Shown piece by piece: positions 46,137 through 56,038 of a stretch of DNA of 64,000 nt. Location of the stretch: assembly GCA_964513245.1 (NCBI GenBank), contig CAZELO010000008.1, positions 1,170-65,169 of the forward strand, given 5' to 3'. How positions within the stretch are numbered: position 1 is the first letter of the stretch; each line of letters begins with the position of its first letter. Source of the DNA: an uncultured Candidatus Bathyarchaeia archaeon (GTDB lineage Archaea; Thermoproteota; Bathyarchaeia; Bathyarchaeales; DTEX01). The notes beneath the pieces were generated by a model. It saw only the letters and a program-made list of their open reading frames with translations, had not been told where the DNA came from and ran no database searches. Both the position numbers and the translations under genes were made by a program.

Positions 46137-46991
46137 ATGAAAATGTTTATCGGGGGAGATTGGGTCGACTCTGTGTCTGGAGACGTGTTCTCGGTCAACA
46201 ACCCCGCGACCGGCAAGCACGTAATGGAAGTCGCTTCGAGGCATGTCAAGAGAGTAACCTTGGAACTCGGAGGAAACGACCCAATGATAGTATGCGACGA
46301 CGCAGACATAGACCTAGCCGTCGAAGGAGCAATGTACGGCAGATTCCTCAACTGCGGACAGATATGCGTAGCAGTCAAACGCCTCTACCTTTTTGAGGAA
46401 ATCGCCGAAGCCTTCACCGAAAAATTCGTAAAAAGAGTAAAGACGATAAAAGTCGGAAACGGATTGAACCCTGAAACAACAATGGGCCCTCTCAACAACG
46501 CTCAGCAAAGAAAGAAAGTCGAAGAACTCGTTGATGACGCTGTCAACAAAGGCGCAACGGTGCTAACCGGAGCCAAACGTCCTCAAAGACCTGAGTTTGA
46601 CAATGGTTCCTTCTATCTGCCAACAGTCCTAACGGATGTCAAAGACGACGCGAGAATAGTCAAAGAAGAATGCTTCGGACCGGCTATACCCATCCTCAAA
46701 GTTAAGGACCTCGATGAAGCCATCAACAAAGCGAACGATACAACCTACGGGCTCGGCTCATCCATATGGACCAACGACATGACGAAAGTCAGCATCGCAG
46801 CCGAAAAGATCCAAGCAGGAACTCTTTGGGTCAACATGTGCACGGAATCTCAAGCTGAAGTGCCTTTCGAAGGCGCAAAACAGAGCGGCTTTGGATGCGA
46901 ACTCGGCTTAGAAGGTCTTGAATCCTACACTAAGATGAAATCGGTGCAGATAGACATCACGGCAAAGAAAAAAAGCTGGTACTTCCCCTAA
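46137..46991 (+). pseudogene. aldehyde dehydrogenase family gene with apparent in-frame internal deletion (284 aa)
   Basis: A typical ALDH N-terminus (MFIGGDWVDSVSGDVFSVNNPATGK) is joined after about 35 aa directly to the catalytic region (VKRVTLELGGNDP ... NCGQICVAVKRLY). The NAD-binding domain between them is absent. Confidence 0.65.
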
Positions 46992-47177
46992 CAACAAAAC
47001 TCTTCAGCAACAAACCTGATGAGCCTAAGCCGCAAGGCGAAACCATATTCCGAGGAGAACCCATTATCGCTTTCATGCTATAGAAAGGTATTATCTCAAC
47101 ATCTCTATTTTTGTCACTAACAGCAGATGCAAGGTTCTCAACGCTTAAAGGAAGAAAACTGCGGCGGGTTTGTGTCT

Positions 47178-48650
47178 CTAGATCACGGGTTTGAGCGAGA
47201 CTGCCTTTTCGCTGAAGTCTATGTTGTAGAATTCGGTTCTGGGATACACGCCGTAGATGAATAAGGCTCCCATGAGGTCTTTGAAGACGAAGTGCATGTT
47301 GGCGAGCTTCGTTATCATCTCAAGCGATTTCATCCCCCTCTTGACGATGCCAACCAGCACCTCACGGTTCTCAGCCGCCCTCGCGATCGCCTCGTCCAAC
47401 AGCTTCAAAGTATTGTCTGTGCCGTACAGAACCTCAAGAGTGTCCAGACTTATGAACTCAGCGATCCCAGAATGCTTCTTCTTCACCTTCTCAAGATACT
47501 GGGCGTACTCTTTTCTCGCCTCCATCAGCGGCAACTCTACGATCTCGGAGCTGGTTTTCTTGGTCGCCTCCAAGAAGTCAACATATTCCCTCCTCGTCGG
47601 AAAGAGCTGGCTTAACTGCCATACCGACCACGCGCGAGGCACATAATTGTATACGCCGTCGGCATCCGAAATCGCTTCATCGCTCTTAGGCACGCCAGCG
47701 CCAACAGAACGAACACGCACAACACCGATGTTCTTGGCTGCAAGATTAACAGCAATCCGCTCAATGAACGGAACATATCGCCGCCCCACCCCGGAGCCTA
47801 TCTCAAAGAGCGCCAAGTAGCCTCTCTCAAGCCCGCCCGCGATTTCGTCGAGCTCCTTTATCCCCGTGGACCGATGGTTCTTGTCAACATCAGGAGTCAC
47901 ATCCACTCTGCCTAAAGCCTGCCTCTGCCGTCGGGGCGGAAAATACCTGAACCTACCGCCTTCAAGCGTGAAAACATAATTCTTCTGCCTCACCTCAACG
48001 CCTCGCAGCTTTGTCAACTCGATCTGCCGCGCCGTCCTAGTCTCTGATTCAGGGCTGAAGGCTTCTTTGCCATCCGCTTCTTTTGGAAAATCAGTTCTGG
48101 CAAGTCTGATTACGCCGTCAACGATATAGTCAAGCGGGGTTTCATCATCTGTCTCTGCAACAAAAATCAAATGCGTACCGAGCTCTCGACAAAAGTCACA
48201 TATGCTCTGGGCTAGGGATGCGCCGTATTCCTCAATTTTGAGATAGCCAAGCAACGCGTCCCAGCTGTCGATGACCGACATCGGGTTGTTCATCTCCTCC
48301 GCGTCATCGTAAATCATCTTGAAGAAGTTAAGGGCAGTTCCAAAATCAACGGGACCACTGCGATGAGACGACGGTGGACCCAAGGCTTTCAATAGCTTGC
48401 TAGGCGTGGCGTTGACCACGTTTTTGGCCGGCACGGTATCCTTGATCCACGGAAAAAGTTGATGCATCTTGTCCGGGTTAACCCTTGTGGAGAGGTACAA
48501 CCCGTTCCGCTCTTCGCAGACCTCCTTCAGAATCTCAAATGACAAGATAGTCTTTCCTGTGCCCGGCGCTCCTTTGACTAGCAAGGTCTGACCTGAAAAC
48601 ATCTCGAAGAACTTCTTAATCTCTGCTGGAATGTTTCCTTTTTCTCTCAA
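47178..48650 (-). CDS. KaiC/RecA-superfamily ATPase, two-domain (second domain degenerate)
   Basis: Walker A LLVKGAPGTGKTILSFE in domain 1. The second KaiC-like half (TGIKELDEIAGGLERGYLALFEIGSGVG) lacks the GKT. Confidence 0.7.
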   Translation of the reverse strand: MREKGNIPAEIKKFFEMFSGQTLLVKGAPGTGKTILSFEILKEVCEERNGLYLSTRVNPDKMHQLFPWIKDTVPAKNVVNATPSKLLKALGPPSSHRSGPVDFGTALNFFKMIYDDAEEMNNPMSVIDSWDALLGYLKIEEYGASLAQSICDFCRELGTHLIFVAETDDETPLDYIVDGVIRLARTDFPKEADGKEAFSPESETRTARQIELTKLRGVEVRQKNYVFTLEGGRFRYFPPRRQRQALGRVDVTPDVDKNHRSTGIKELDEIAGGLERGYLALFEIGSGVGRRYVPFIERIAVNLAAKNIGVVRVRSVGAGVPKSDEAISDADGVYNYVPRAWSVWQLSQLFPTRREYVDFLEATKKTSSEIVELPLMEARKEYAQYLEKVKKKHSGIAEFISLDTLEVLYGTDNTLKLLDEAIARAAENREVLVGIVKRGMKSLEMITKLANMHFVFKDLMGALFIYGVYPRTEFYNIDFSEKAVSLKPVI

Positions 48651-48734
48651 CCTTTTTCACTCTTCAGAGCTGGCTACTATCACTCATTAAGCCATGTTCA
48701 CAAACTCTTACAGAACCGGCATGCCTCAATCTCG

Positions 48735-49112
48735 CTAGGCTTCTTCTTTCTTCATCACGCCTTCAACGGCATTGAGCAGTTTCTCAGGGCTTACTGGCTT
48801 CAGAATGTAAGCGCTTGCGCCATGTTTCAGCGATTCGATGGCATTTTCCAGCGAAGGGCAACCGGTAACCATAATCTTCTTCATGTTGGGGAATTCTCCA
48901 TGCAAAATCTTGAGCAGTTTCGTTCCTTGCATGCCTCGAAGCCTGATGTCCAAAAGCGCCAAGTGGTAAAGGTTCGTCTTAGACATTTCCAAGGCTTCTT
49001 CGCCAGTTTCTGCTAAGTCGACAGTGTAGCCTTCTAGCTGAAGGATCTCCTTGAAACTCTTGAGTATGGCTTTGTCATCGTCTACAATCAGTATTCTCCA
49101 TTTTTCTTCCAT
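48735..49112 (-). CDS. stand-alone response regulator receiver domain (CheY-like)
   Basis: ILIVDDD ... LALLDIRLRGMQG ... MVTG ... KP pattern. Confidence 0.85.
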   Translation of the reverse strand: MEEKWRILIVDDDKAILKSFKEILQLEGYTVDLAETGEEALEMSKTNLYHLALLDIRLRGMQGTKLLKILHGEFPNMKKIMVTGCPSLENAIESLKHGASAYILKPVSPEKLLNAVEGVMKKEEA

Positions 49113-49434
49113 CCCATCTCACCTCCCAATAGACGCAATCTCAATGATGAAAGCAGAATCTTCCCCTTGACGTTTTCTCTGCAAATTTAGGACCCGTCTG
49201 CCTTCCCCCGCCACCAACAACTTAGAACCTGTCATTGTTGAACCTCGACTTCCGTATCTTTCAGGATCTGCCTAAGGGAGTCTTGTAGATTGCAGATTTA
49301 TTCTTGGTGTAACCGCGCAAGATGGGGCAGAGGTTACATCTTGTGAAGAATTCTCAAAACGCATCTTTACCTATGGTTGATAACACTTAATTAGGAGAAA
49401 ACCAAAAACGATCAAAACACGCGTGAGAAAACAG

Positions 49435-51228
49435 ATGAAGCAACTGATACACAACGGTGTCCTCGTGCCCAAATACGAGTGGAAGAAACTCCACATAAAC
49501 GTGAAAGACAGAGAGGCGGAGTTGACACCGAAACAGGAAGAAATGGCGGTCGCCTGGGTCAAGAAACTGGGAACGCCGTATGTCGAAGACGTCCTCTTCG
49601 CTAAGAACTTCTTCAAAGAATTCTGCAAGGCATTAGGCATAACGGGAACCCTCAGCCCAGAAGATTTCGACTTCTCCGAGGTCAGAGAATATGTTGAAAA
49701 GGAGAAAGCACAAAAACTCAGCCTCTCACGGGAAGAACGGAAACAACTCGCGGCACAACGCAAAGCCCAGAGAGAAGCCAACAAAGAAAAGTACGGTTAC
49801 GCGATCATCGACGGGGTCAGAACCGAAATCAGCAACTACGTCGCTGAGCCATCCTGCATATTCATGGGACGGGGAAAGCATCCCCTGCGCGGACGCTGGA
49901 AGGCTGGACCCAGCGAAGAAGAAATCGAGCTCAACCTTCAGCCTGAGGCTCCAAGACCGCCTGGCAACTGGAAGGGCATCGTGTGGCAGCCTGACGCCAT
50001 ATGGATTGCACGCTGGAAAGACAGTCTCAGCGACAAGATAAAGTACGTTTGGCTTTCTGAGACCAGCATCCTCAAACAGAAAAAAGACATCGAAAAATTC
50101 GACAAGGCACGGGAACTCCGGCAGAACCTTACGCGTATCCAGCGGCACATATTGGAGAATCTGGATGCCGTGGACCTGAGACGGAGAAAGACCGCGACAG
50201 TCTGTTTTCTGATTAATAGGCTTAAGATAAGGGTCGGCGACGAGAAGGACCCTGACGAGGCTGATACGGTTGGCGCCTCAACCCTCAGAACTGAACACAT
50301 AAGATTCGGCGAGGGCGGGCGCATCACCTTCAATTTCCTTGGAAAAGACTCCGTGCCACACACATTCAATGTGGAACTTCCCGAGAAGGTTGTCAGGAAC
50401 CTCAAGGAGTTCTCAACAAACCCGAAGTCAAACCTTTTCAACGGCGTAGACTCACAACGTGTAAGCGAGTTCCTCGACGAAGTGATCAGCGGACTCTCAG
50501 CAAAGGTCTTCCGCACCTACTACGCGTCCTCAGCCGTCGAGAACAAACTGGACAGCACCTCTTTGAAGGCAGAGGCTCCACCATACGAGAAGGCGCACGT
50601 GGCAACTCTGGCGAATCTTGAAGCAGCCAAGATGTGCAACCACAAGCGGACCATACCGAAGACCTGGGAAATCTCCTTACAGAAGAAGGAAACCCGCCTC
50701 AAAGAACGAACAAAAAAGGCAAAGGAGACCCAAGAGAAGCTGAAGCTTATGGCTAAGAAGAAAGAAGAACTGTACGCGTCTAGGCTAAAGAAGAAAGAAG
50801 AACAGCTGAACGAATTAGGCGCAAAGCTAGAGGCAATTAAGCAGCAGATAGATGAGAGAAAACAGCAAGGAAAAACCACCGCGGCACTTGAAAGGCGGGC
50901 AAGCCTGACCAGAAAGGCAATTGCACGGCAGAGACAGCAAATCAAGAAGATTAAAGGCGACTATGCGGCGCAGAGCGAAAAACTGAGGGAAAGAATTGAG
51001 AAGACACGGCAACACGACAGAACCTCGATCGAGCAGATGAGGTTGCAGATAGAAGCAAAGAGGCAGACCCGCGACTATAACCTTACGACTTCGCTTAAGA
51101 GCTACATCGACCCCCGCGTTTACTACAACTGGGGCAGAAAGGTCGACTACGACTGGAAACTCTACTACCCGAAAACACTTCAGAAAAAGTTTTCATGGGT
51201 AGAAACCACCACAGGCCAATCCTCATAA
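49435..51228 (+). CDS. eukaryote-like DNA topoisomerase IB
   Basis: FMGRGKHPLRGRWK, KYVWLSE, DEADTVGASTLRTEHI, FLGKDSVPH, KVFRTYYAS and CNHKR motifs. A lysine/glutamate-rich coiled-coil linker precedes the active-site tyrosine context SLKSYIDPRVYYNW. Confidence 0.85.
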   Translation: MKQLIHNGVLVPKYEWKKLHINVKDREAELTPKQEEMAVAWVKKLGTPYVEDVLFAKNFFKEFCKALGITGTLSPEDFDFSEVREYVEKEKAQKLSLSREERKQLAAQRKAQREANKEKYGYAIIDGVRTEISNYVAEPSCIFMGRGKHPLRGRWKAGPSEEEIELNLQPEAPRPPGNWKGIVWQPDAIWIARWKDSLSDKIKYVWLSETSILKQKKDIEKFDKARELRQNLTRIQRHILENLDAVDLRRRKTATVCFLINRLKIRVGDEKDPDEADTVGASTLRTEHIRFGEGGRITFNFLGKDSVPHTFNVELPEKVVRNLKEFSTNPKSNLFNGVDSQRVSEFLDEVISGLSAKVFRTYYASSAVENKLDSTSLKAEAPPYEKAHVATLANLEAAKMCNHKRTIPKTWEISLQKKETRLKERTKKAKETQEKLKLMAKKKEELYASRLKKKEEQLNELGAKLEAIKQQIDERKQQGKTTAALERRASLTRKAIARQRQQIKKIKGDYAAQSEKLRERIEKTRQHDRTSIEQMRLQIEAKRQTRDYNLTTSLKSYIDPRVYYNWGRKVDYDWKLYYPKTLQKKFSWVETTTGQSS

Positions 51229-51308
51229 AAAACGTATTTATCCAAAGACCTGCGCGCAGACAACGCAGGAATAAAAGAGAACATTGACGGCGGCTTGCTT
51301 GCGGAGAA

Positions 51309-52649
51309 TCAAGAACCATAAAACTCAGCGATGGGCACGATCTTGTCAAAGAGTCGCGGCGCATCCGCCTTTTCTAGGCCATATCTCACAAGCGGTTTGG
51401 TCAAGTGCCTCTGCGATCTAGGAGACGTAACGTACAACCCTGTTTTGAAGGATCTTTCAACCTCGGAGGCTATTTTCTTAAGGTTCCGCCCATGGAACCC
51501 ACATTTCTCACACTCGAAGCCTTGGCCTCTTCCCATTGATTTCATCCTTTTTCCACAGTTCGGGCATAGAGGATTCTGAGATACGATATTTGGCTTCAGC
51601 TCTATGATGCGCATCTTCTCGAGATTGACCGTAAGCGGGTTCTCAGGCGAAGGGGGACGAACCCCACCGTAGGCTTCGACGAGATCGCCGTTCTTCAGAA
51701 GCTTTGCCACGTCGCGGAGTACGCCCGTGGGCTTATATGCGGCGCAATCAACAGCGCCCGTCTCGTCTTGAATCTGAAATATTACGTGACCGCCTTGAAT
51801 GTTCCGCGGCTCGCCGGTCACTTCTGCCCGAATTATGACTGGGTTGTGCGGTTTGACCTCGCTGACTGATACGGCCCGCTTCAAGTGCGCGTCGGTTCCA
51901 TGGTTCGTCCTGAAAACAACCCATCTTTCTATGGGTTCATCTGCCCTCACAAACTCATGCGCGCGCTTAACAGCTGCAGCCGTTTCGCCTCTGATGCCGT
52001 AAAGAATGGGGTCAGGTCCTCTCGGCGTTATTAGCACTCGTCCTGTCTCTGGATCAACATTGTTGAAGACCAAGCGCCCCATTTGCCTATCCATCTCGAC
52101 AATGGATGAAACGTCAACACGCCTTCTGGTTCCGCGGTTCTCTGGCGATCGATAGGCAATGAACTCATACGTGTGGTCACCCTTCAACATCTCGCCGGTC
52201 GCCGCTAGGCCTCCGATTATGCCGCGACCCTTCTTGAAGCCGACTGCTTCTGCACCGTGTTTTTTTATTAGACGCAGGGCTTCATCAATCTTTACGAGTC
52301 CCTGTATGGTTTTCTGGGCGAAGAGTTCAACTTCGCGCGGTACCTCGCCTGTTAGGAAGACTACGCCGGGGTCGGTGCCTTGATAGCTGAGGTCCGAATT
52401 CTCTTCGATTGTTTCAACTGCGCATTCTTTGATTTCGTCTGCCAAGTTTTCTTCGCATTGAATTCTCAGGCAGAGCGCTCCGTTGCCGCGGGTCTTCCAA
52501 GGGACGTTCGGGTTAAGCCTGATCAAGCTGGGATAATCGATGAACCGGGTGCCCATCTTGTGAAACATAGCGGCTAGTAGCGCGGCCACGTATGTGGTAC
52601 AACCCGCCTTAGGTGAATCTGTGTCGTCAAGGCCCACGTGCAGCTTCAT
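51309..52649 (-). CDS. tiaS: tRNA(Ile2) 2-agmatinylcytidine synthetase
   Basis: MKLHVGLDDTDSPKAGCTTYVAALL N-terminus, an OB-like middle region and a C-terminal zinc ribbon CPNCGKRM ... CEKCG. Confidence 0.85.
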   Translation of the reverse strand: MKLHVGLDDTDSPKAGCTTYVAALLAAMFHKMGTRFIDYPSLIRLNPNVPWKTRGNGALCLRIQCEENLADEIKECAVETIEENSDLSYQGTDPGVVFLTGEVPREVELFAQKTIQGLVKIDEALRLIKKHGAEAVGFKKGRGIIGGLAATGEMLKGDHTYEFIAYRSPENRGTRRRVDVSSIVEMDRQMGRLVFNNVDPETGRVLITPRGPDPILYGIRGETAAAVKRAHEFVRADEPIERWVVFRTNHGTDAHLKRAVSVSEVKPHNPVIIRAEVTGEPRNIQGGHVIFQIQDETGAVDCAAYKPTGVLRDVAKLLKNGDLVEAYGGVRPPSPENPLTVNLEKMRIIELKPNIVSQNPLCPNCGKRMKSMGRGQGFECEKCGFHGRNLKKIASEVERSFKTGLYVTSPRSQRHLTKPLVRYGLEKADAPRLFDKIVPIAEFYGS

Positions 52650-52785
52650 GCCATCGCCTTCAACCTTGCACCTTAAGGGGGCTAGAGGCGAATAACCTTT
52701 GCTGTTTCTCAGTCCACGTAGCCAGATTTTTCCTTTTGGAAAAGCTTATGAATCTAAAATGCCACATGTAATTTGGGGATTGGTT

Positions 52786-53016
52786 ATGAAAGAAATTGAA
52801 GTCAGAGATAACACATTCTATATCCTCATAGTGAAACAAGAGGAACAAATGGTGAGCACTATTTTTGATGAGATGCCGTTTAAGAAAATAAGGGACCATT
52901 TAAAGAATGGAATAAGCCCCGAAAACATCAAACTCCTAGCAACAGAAATAAGAGACGAAAAACTTGAGACGAGCATAGTATCTTGGAGCGCAATAGCCGT
53001 AGGCATAGCGAAATAG
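52786..53016 (+). CDS. hypothetical small protein
   Basis: 76-aa frame from ATG 52786 in an AT-rich stretch. No family recognised. Confidence 0.3.
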   Translation: MKEIEVRDNTFYILIVKQEEQMVSTIFDEMPFKKIRDHLKNGISPENIKLLATEIRDEKLETSIVSWSAIAVGIAK

Positions 53017-53051
53017 ACAGGGAACCATAAACAAACGCCAGAGATTGCATG

Positions 53052-53744
53052 TCAGATCCAAAACGCCTTAATCAAATAAAGCACGGTCAAATGAAGCGGA
53101 TAATAAACATAGAAAAAGTATTTCCTCCATAACGGATACGGTTCTTTCCTGTTAACTGCCTTCTTGTTCATGAACTTCAAAGAGCCATTTCTGTGCAGAA
53201 GAATGAGCGGCAACGCAAGCAGAGAGAAGAACTGCGCCTCCCATAAGAAAAAGGCAAAAAGATTAAGCAGAACAACGAAGATAACCCCGTTCTCCATGTC
53301 TTTTTTCAAAACATGCATACAGCCTATCAACGCGATGCCGTAAAAACTGTAGTCAAAGGGCAAAAAGGCTGAAACCAGAAGGGGAATCAGTAAGAGCAGA
53401 GAGTTTTTCTGGTGAAAATAGACGAACAGGACGCCGAAGGACAACGTGAAGAATATGTTCAGCGACTCGAAAGGTCCGACGCCCAAAGCCAAGGTAAATG
53501 GAGTCTGAGAAATAAGGGCGAAAATGAAGAGCCGTATGAAATAGTTCTTCACGTTTCTCGTTGTCTCCATCCCTAAAGCTATCAGATAACAGAACAGGGG
53601 AAACGAAAGGCGCCCGATGATTCGCAGAAAAACAAGCTCTGGATACAGAATAGCCCCTATGTGGTCTATGGTCATAGTTACTATGGCTATCCACTTCAGC
53701 AACTCTCTTCCTGCATCGAAGTCTTTTTGCAAGTCCAGCGCCAT
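53052..53744 (-). CDS. TraX family membrane protein
   Basis: LKWIAIVTMTIDHIGAILYP N-terminal motif and a polytopic hydrophobic profile. Confidence 0.7.
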   Translation of the reverse strand: MALDLQKDFDAGRELLKWIAIVTMTIDHIGAILYPELVFLRIIGRLSFPLFCYLIALGMETTRNVKNYFIRLFIFALISQTPFTLALGVGPFESLNIFFTLSFGVLFVYFHQKNSLLLLIPLLVSAFLPFDYSFYGIALIGCMHVLKKDMENGVIFVVLLNLFAFFLWEAQFFSLLALPLILLHRNGSLKFMNKKAVNRKEPYPLWRKYFFYVYYPLHLTVLYLIKAFWI

Positions 53745-53956
53745 AAATCACTATGCTGGACTACTATTACTACTTTGCCGTGACGTTAAAGAAAGTCGGC
53801 GGAGGCTATTTCCATGGAGAACGACATACCGACCATGCCAAAGCATTTTTGCAGTGAACTGAGCGAATCTAGAAACGGAGCACTGCTGCACACAAAGAAT
53901 ATATACTACTTTCCGTTCTTGGGAAGAACGATTGATGCCGCAGAGATGAATAAAAA

Positions 53957-54118
53957 TTGCCAGTGACAGACCCCGTCAAGAGAACCATTGCCCAAAAAAA
54001 GAGGCTCATGATGAAGATATGCCGAGACTGCGGAGCACGAAACGCCCCAACCGCCGACAAATGCCGAAAATGCAGAAGCACAAATCTGCGGTGGAAGAAG
54101 CGACAGAAATCCCGCTAG
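53957..54118 (+). CDS. rpl40e: 50S ribosomal protein L40e
   Basis: Not in the ORF track. Hand translation from TTG 53957 gives MPVTDPVKRTIAQKKRLMMKICRDCGARNAPTADKCRKCRSTNLRWKKRQKSR, with the CxxC...CxxC ribbon typical of L40e. Confidence 0.75.
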   Translation: MPVTDPVKRTIAQKKRLMMKICRDCGARNAPTADKCRKCRSTNLRWKKRQKSR

Positions 54119-54171
54119 CGCACGCAGGTTTCTGAAGTTTTCATCTGCGTATAATATGCCGAGGCGGGAAC

Positions 54172-54894
54172 TCACTCAAGTCTCAGTATTATCTCAACCG
54201 GTCCCTTGTGGAGTCGCTCTATGATCTTTTTCCATGAATTGCCAACTGCAACCATCGCGAATATCCCGGAGACCTCTGCCTTTGCCTTGTAAGCAAGGTT
54301 CAGCAACGCTGCTTGGGTGTCGCCGCTCCTCACAGTGTCGTCGATTATCAGGATGCTGTCACGTTTTTTTATGGCGTCCTTTGGCAGATAAAGCGTCACC
54401 GTGAAGCCAGAATCACTGAGGACATAGGTTTCCTCGATAAATGATGGGACTCCAACCTCTTTTGTGGGCTTCGCTATAACCAAGTTCACGCCCAGAGCAT
54501 CCGCAACCATCGTTGCAAGGGGCACACCGTCAACCGCCGCGGTTAGGACCTTAGTTATCCTTTTCCCTGCGAACCTCGAAAGCGCAAAGTTTGCAGCTTG
54601 CCTGAGCAGGGTTATGTCGCCGATTATGGATGTATTATTGAAATAGCCCTCATCGTTGAACTTGATCCTCTTGTGGAACGCCGCCTCCAAACTGACAATC
54701 TTCGACAACATTTTGTAAAGCTGGCGAGCCCTATCTATGTTGGGAAGAACGTGCCCCTTCGCGTACCGGCTTAACACAGTTACGGGGAGACCGGTTTTGG
54801 TTGCCAGCTCTCGGTAGGTGTACCATCTTTTAGCTGTTCGAAGCAGTTCTACGGTCTCGAGACGGAACCTCAAATCTTCGGCGTGTGTTGACAT
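54172..54894 (-). CDS. HTH domain plus phosphoribosyltransferase-like domain regulator (PyrE-like/GfcR/PurR type)
   Basis: N-terminal wHTH (YRELATKTGLPVTVLSRYAKG). The C-terminal PRTase PRPP loop is ILIIDDTVRSGDT. Confidence 0.75.
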   Translation of the reverse strand: MSTHAEDLRFRLETVELLRTAKRWYTYRELATKTGLPVTVLSRYAKGHVLPNIDRARQLYKMLSKIVSLEAAFHKRIKFNDEGYFNNTSIIGDITLLRQAANFALSRFAGKRITKVLTAAVDGVPLATMVADALGVNLVIAKPTKEVGVPSFIEETYVLSDSGFTVTLYLPKDAIKKRDSILIIDDTVRSGDTQAALLNLAYKAKAEVSGIFAMVAVGNSWKKIIERLHKGPVEIILRLE

Positions 54895-55067
54895 TTTTCG
54901 TACCCTCTGACGTTAAGAGATATAATGATCCTCAAGCCTTATAGACATGAATCTATTAATTTTCACTCAAACACTTATTAATTATACAATCAGTTTTTAT
55001 AACTCTTTCTATAGTAGAACAATATGATTATATGCGACGGTGCAGATGAGTGGAGTGTGCTTGAGAA

Positions 55068-55481
55068 ATGGTCAACCAGGACCAAAAAAGCAAAGCAAAA
55101 GTCAAAATCATCTACAAGCCCATCAAAGAAATAGTTGTATTGGATTACTTCCAGTTCTCAAAGAGCACGATGGATCAGATGTTCGCCAGGATGATACATT
55201 CAGGGCTCCCAGTCACAGCACAATGGGCGGAGGGCGTAATCTTCGTCTATTTCCCGCTTGCGCCTGAAACCAACGATCTGATGGAGAGCTATCTGAGTGG
55301 CAGAATCTTCTGGAACTCAGCAAACTTCGCTTTGATGCCGAAATATGCGCCGTCGATCAAGCTGAGCGGTCTGGAGATACCTGTCCTAAATGTGTCTGAT
55401 CATCCAGTTTTGCGTGAGATCGCGAAGTGGTTGAAGAACCACGCAAAACCAGAAACGGAACTGAGAAACGCTTCGCCTTAG
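55068..55481 (+). CDS. hypothetical protein (a degraded copy of its 3' end lies at about 61029-61140)
   Basis: 137-aa ORF. No family recognised. The C-terminal LEIPVLNVSDHPVLREIAKWLKNHAKPETELRN recurs, degenerate, upstream of the second AOR gene. Confidence 0.5.
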   Translation: MVNQDQKSKAKVKIIYKPIKEIVVLDYFQFSKSTMDQMFARMIHSGLPVTAQWAEGVIFVYFPLAPETNDLMESYLSGRIFWNSANFALMPKYAPSIKLSGLEIPVLNVSDHPVLREIAKWLKNHAKPETELRNASP

Positions 55482-55531
55482 AGACACTTTGACCCATAAT
55501 CGATTGCACTTACGTTTTGTGCTCGCTGGTT

Positions 55532-56038
55532 TTATTTTGTTGCTTCTTTTTCTTTCTGGAAGAGGTTTCTGACGGCTGATATCTTTGATTTCTGAGAGAG
55601 TTGCTGCGCTGTGACAAAGGTTAGGGCTTCTTCTGGGCACCACTCCACACATTGTGGTCCGTCGGGTTGGTCTTTGCAGCTGTTGCAGATGAATACGACT
55701 TTTTTCTCAGGGTGAATCATAATTGCTCCGAATTTGCATGCAGCTACGCACCATGTGCAACCGTTGCAGGCTTGTTCGTTGACGGTGATTGTTCCGTCTT
55801 CTTCTTGGTGCAGGGCGTCTTTTGGGCAGGCGGCGACGCAGGGCGCGTCTTCGCAGTGTCGACACGTGACTGCCATGTTTTTAAGTGGTCCTAAACGTAT
55901 GACTCGGATTCTTGATTTTATGGGATTGAATGTTTTTTCGTTAGTCATCGAACAGACGTATTCGCAGATCAGGCAGCCTGTGCATTTTTCTGGGTCAGTG
56001 GAGACGAATTTTCTGTCTTGAGCGCGTACGATTGTCAT
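55532..56038 (-). CDS. 4Fe-4S dicluster ferredoxin-domain protein, AOR partner (copy A)
   Basis: CTGCLICEYVC, CRHCEDAPCVAACP and CNGCTWCVAACKFG cysteine clusters. It overlaps the AOR stop by 4 nt. Confidence 0.85.
   Translation of the reverse strand: MTIVRAQDRKFVSTDPEKCTGCLICEYVCSMTNEKTFNPIKSRIRVIRLGPLKNMAVTCRHCEDAPCVAACPKDALHQEEDGTITVNEQACNGCTWCVAACKFGAIMIHPEKKVVFICNSCKDQPDGPQCVEWCPEEALTFVTAQQLSQKSKISAVRNLFQKEKEATK

Noticed and set aside
50520-50945. 141-aa antisense ORF inside the topoisomerase IB linker.
   Set aside because: It is a shadow of the Lys/Glu-rich coiled-coil coding region, and its translation is Ser/Phe/Cys-rich nonsense.
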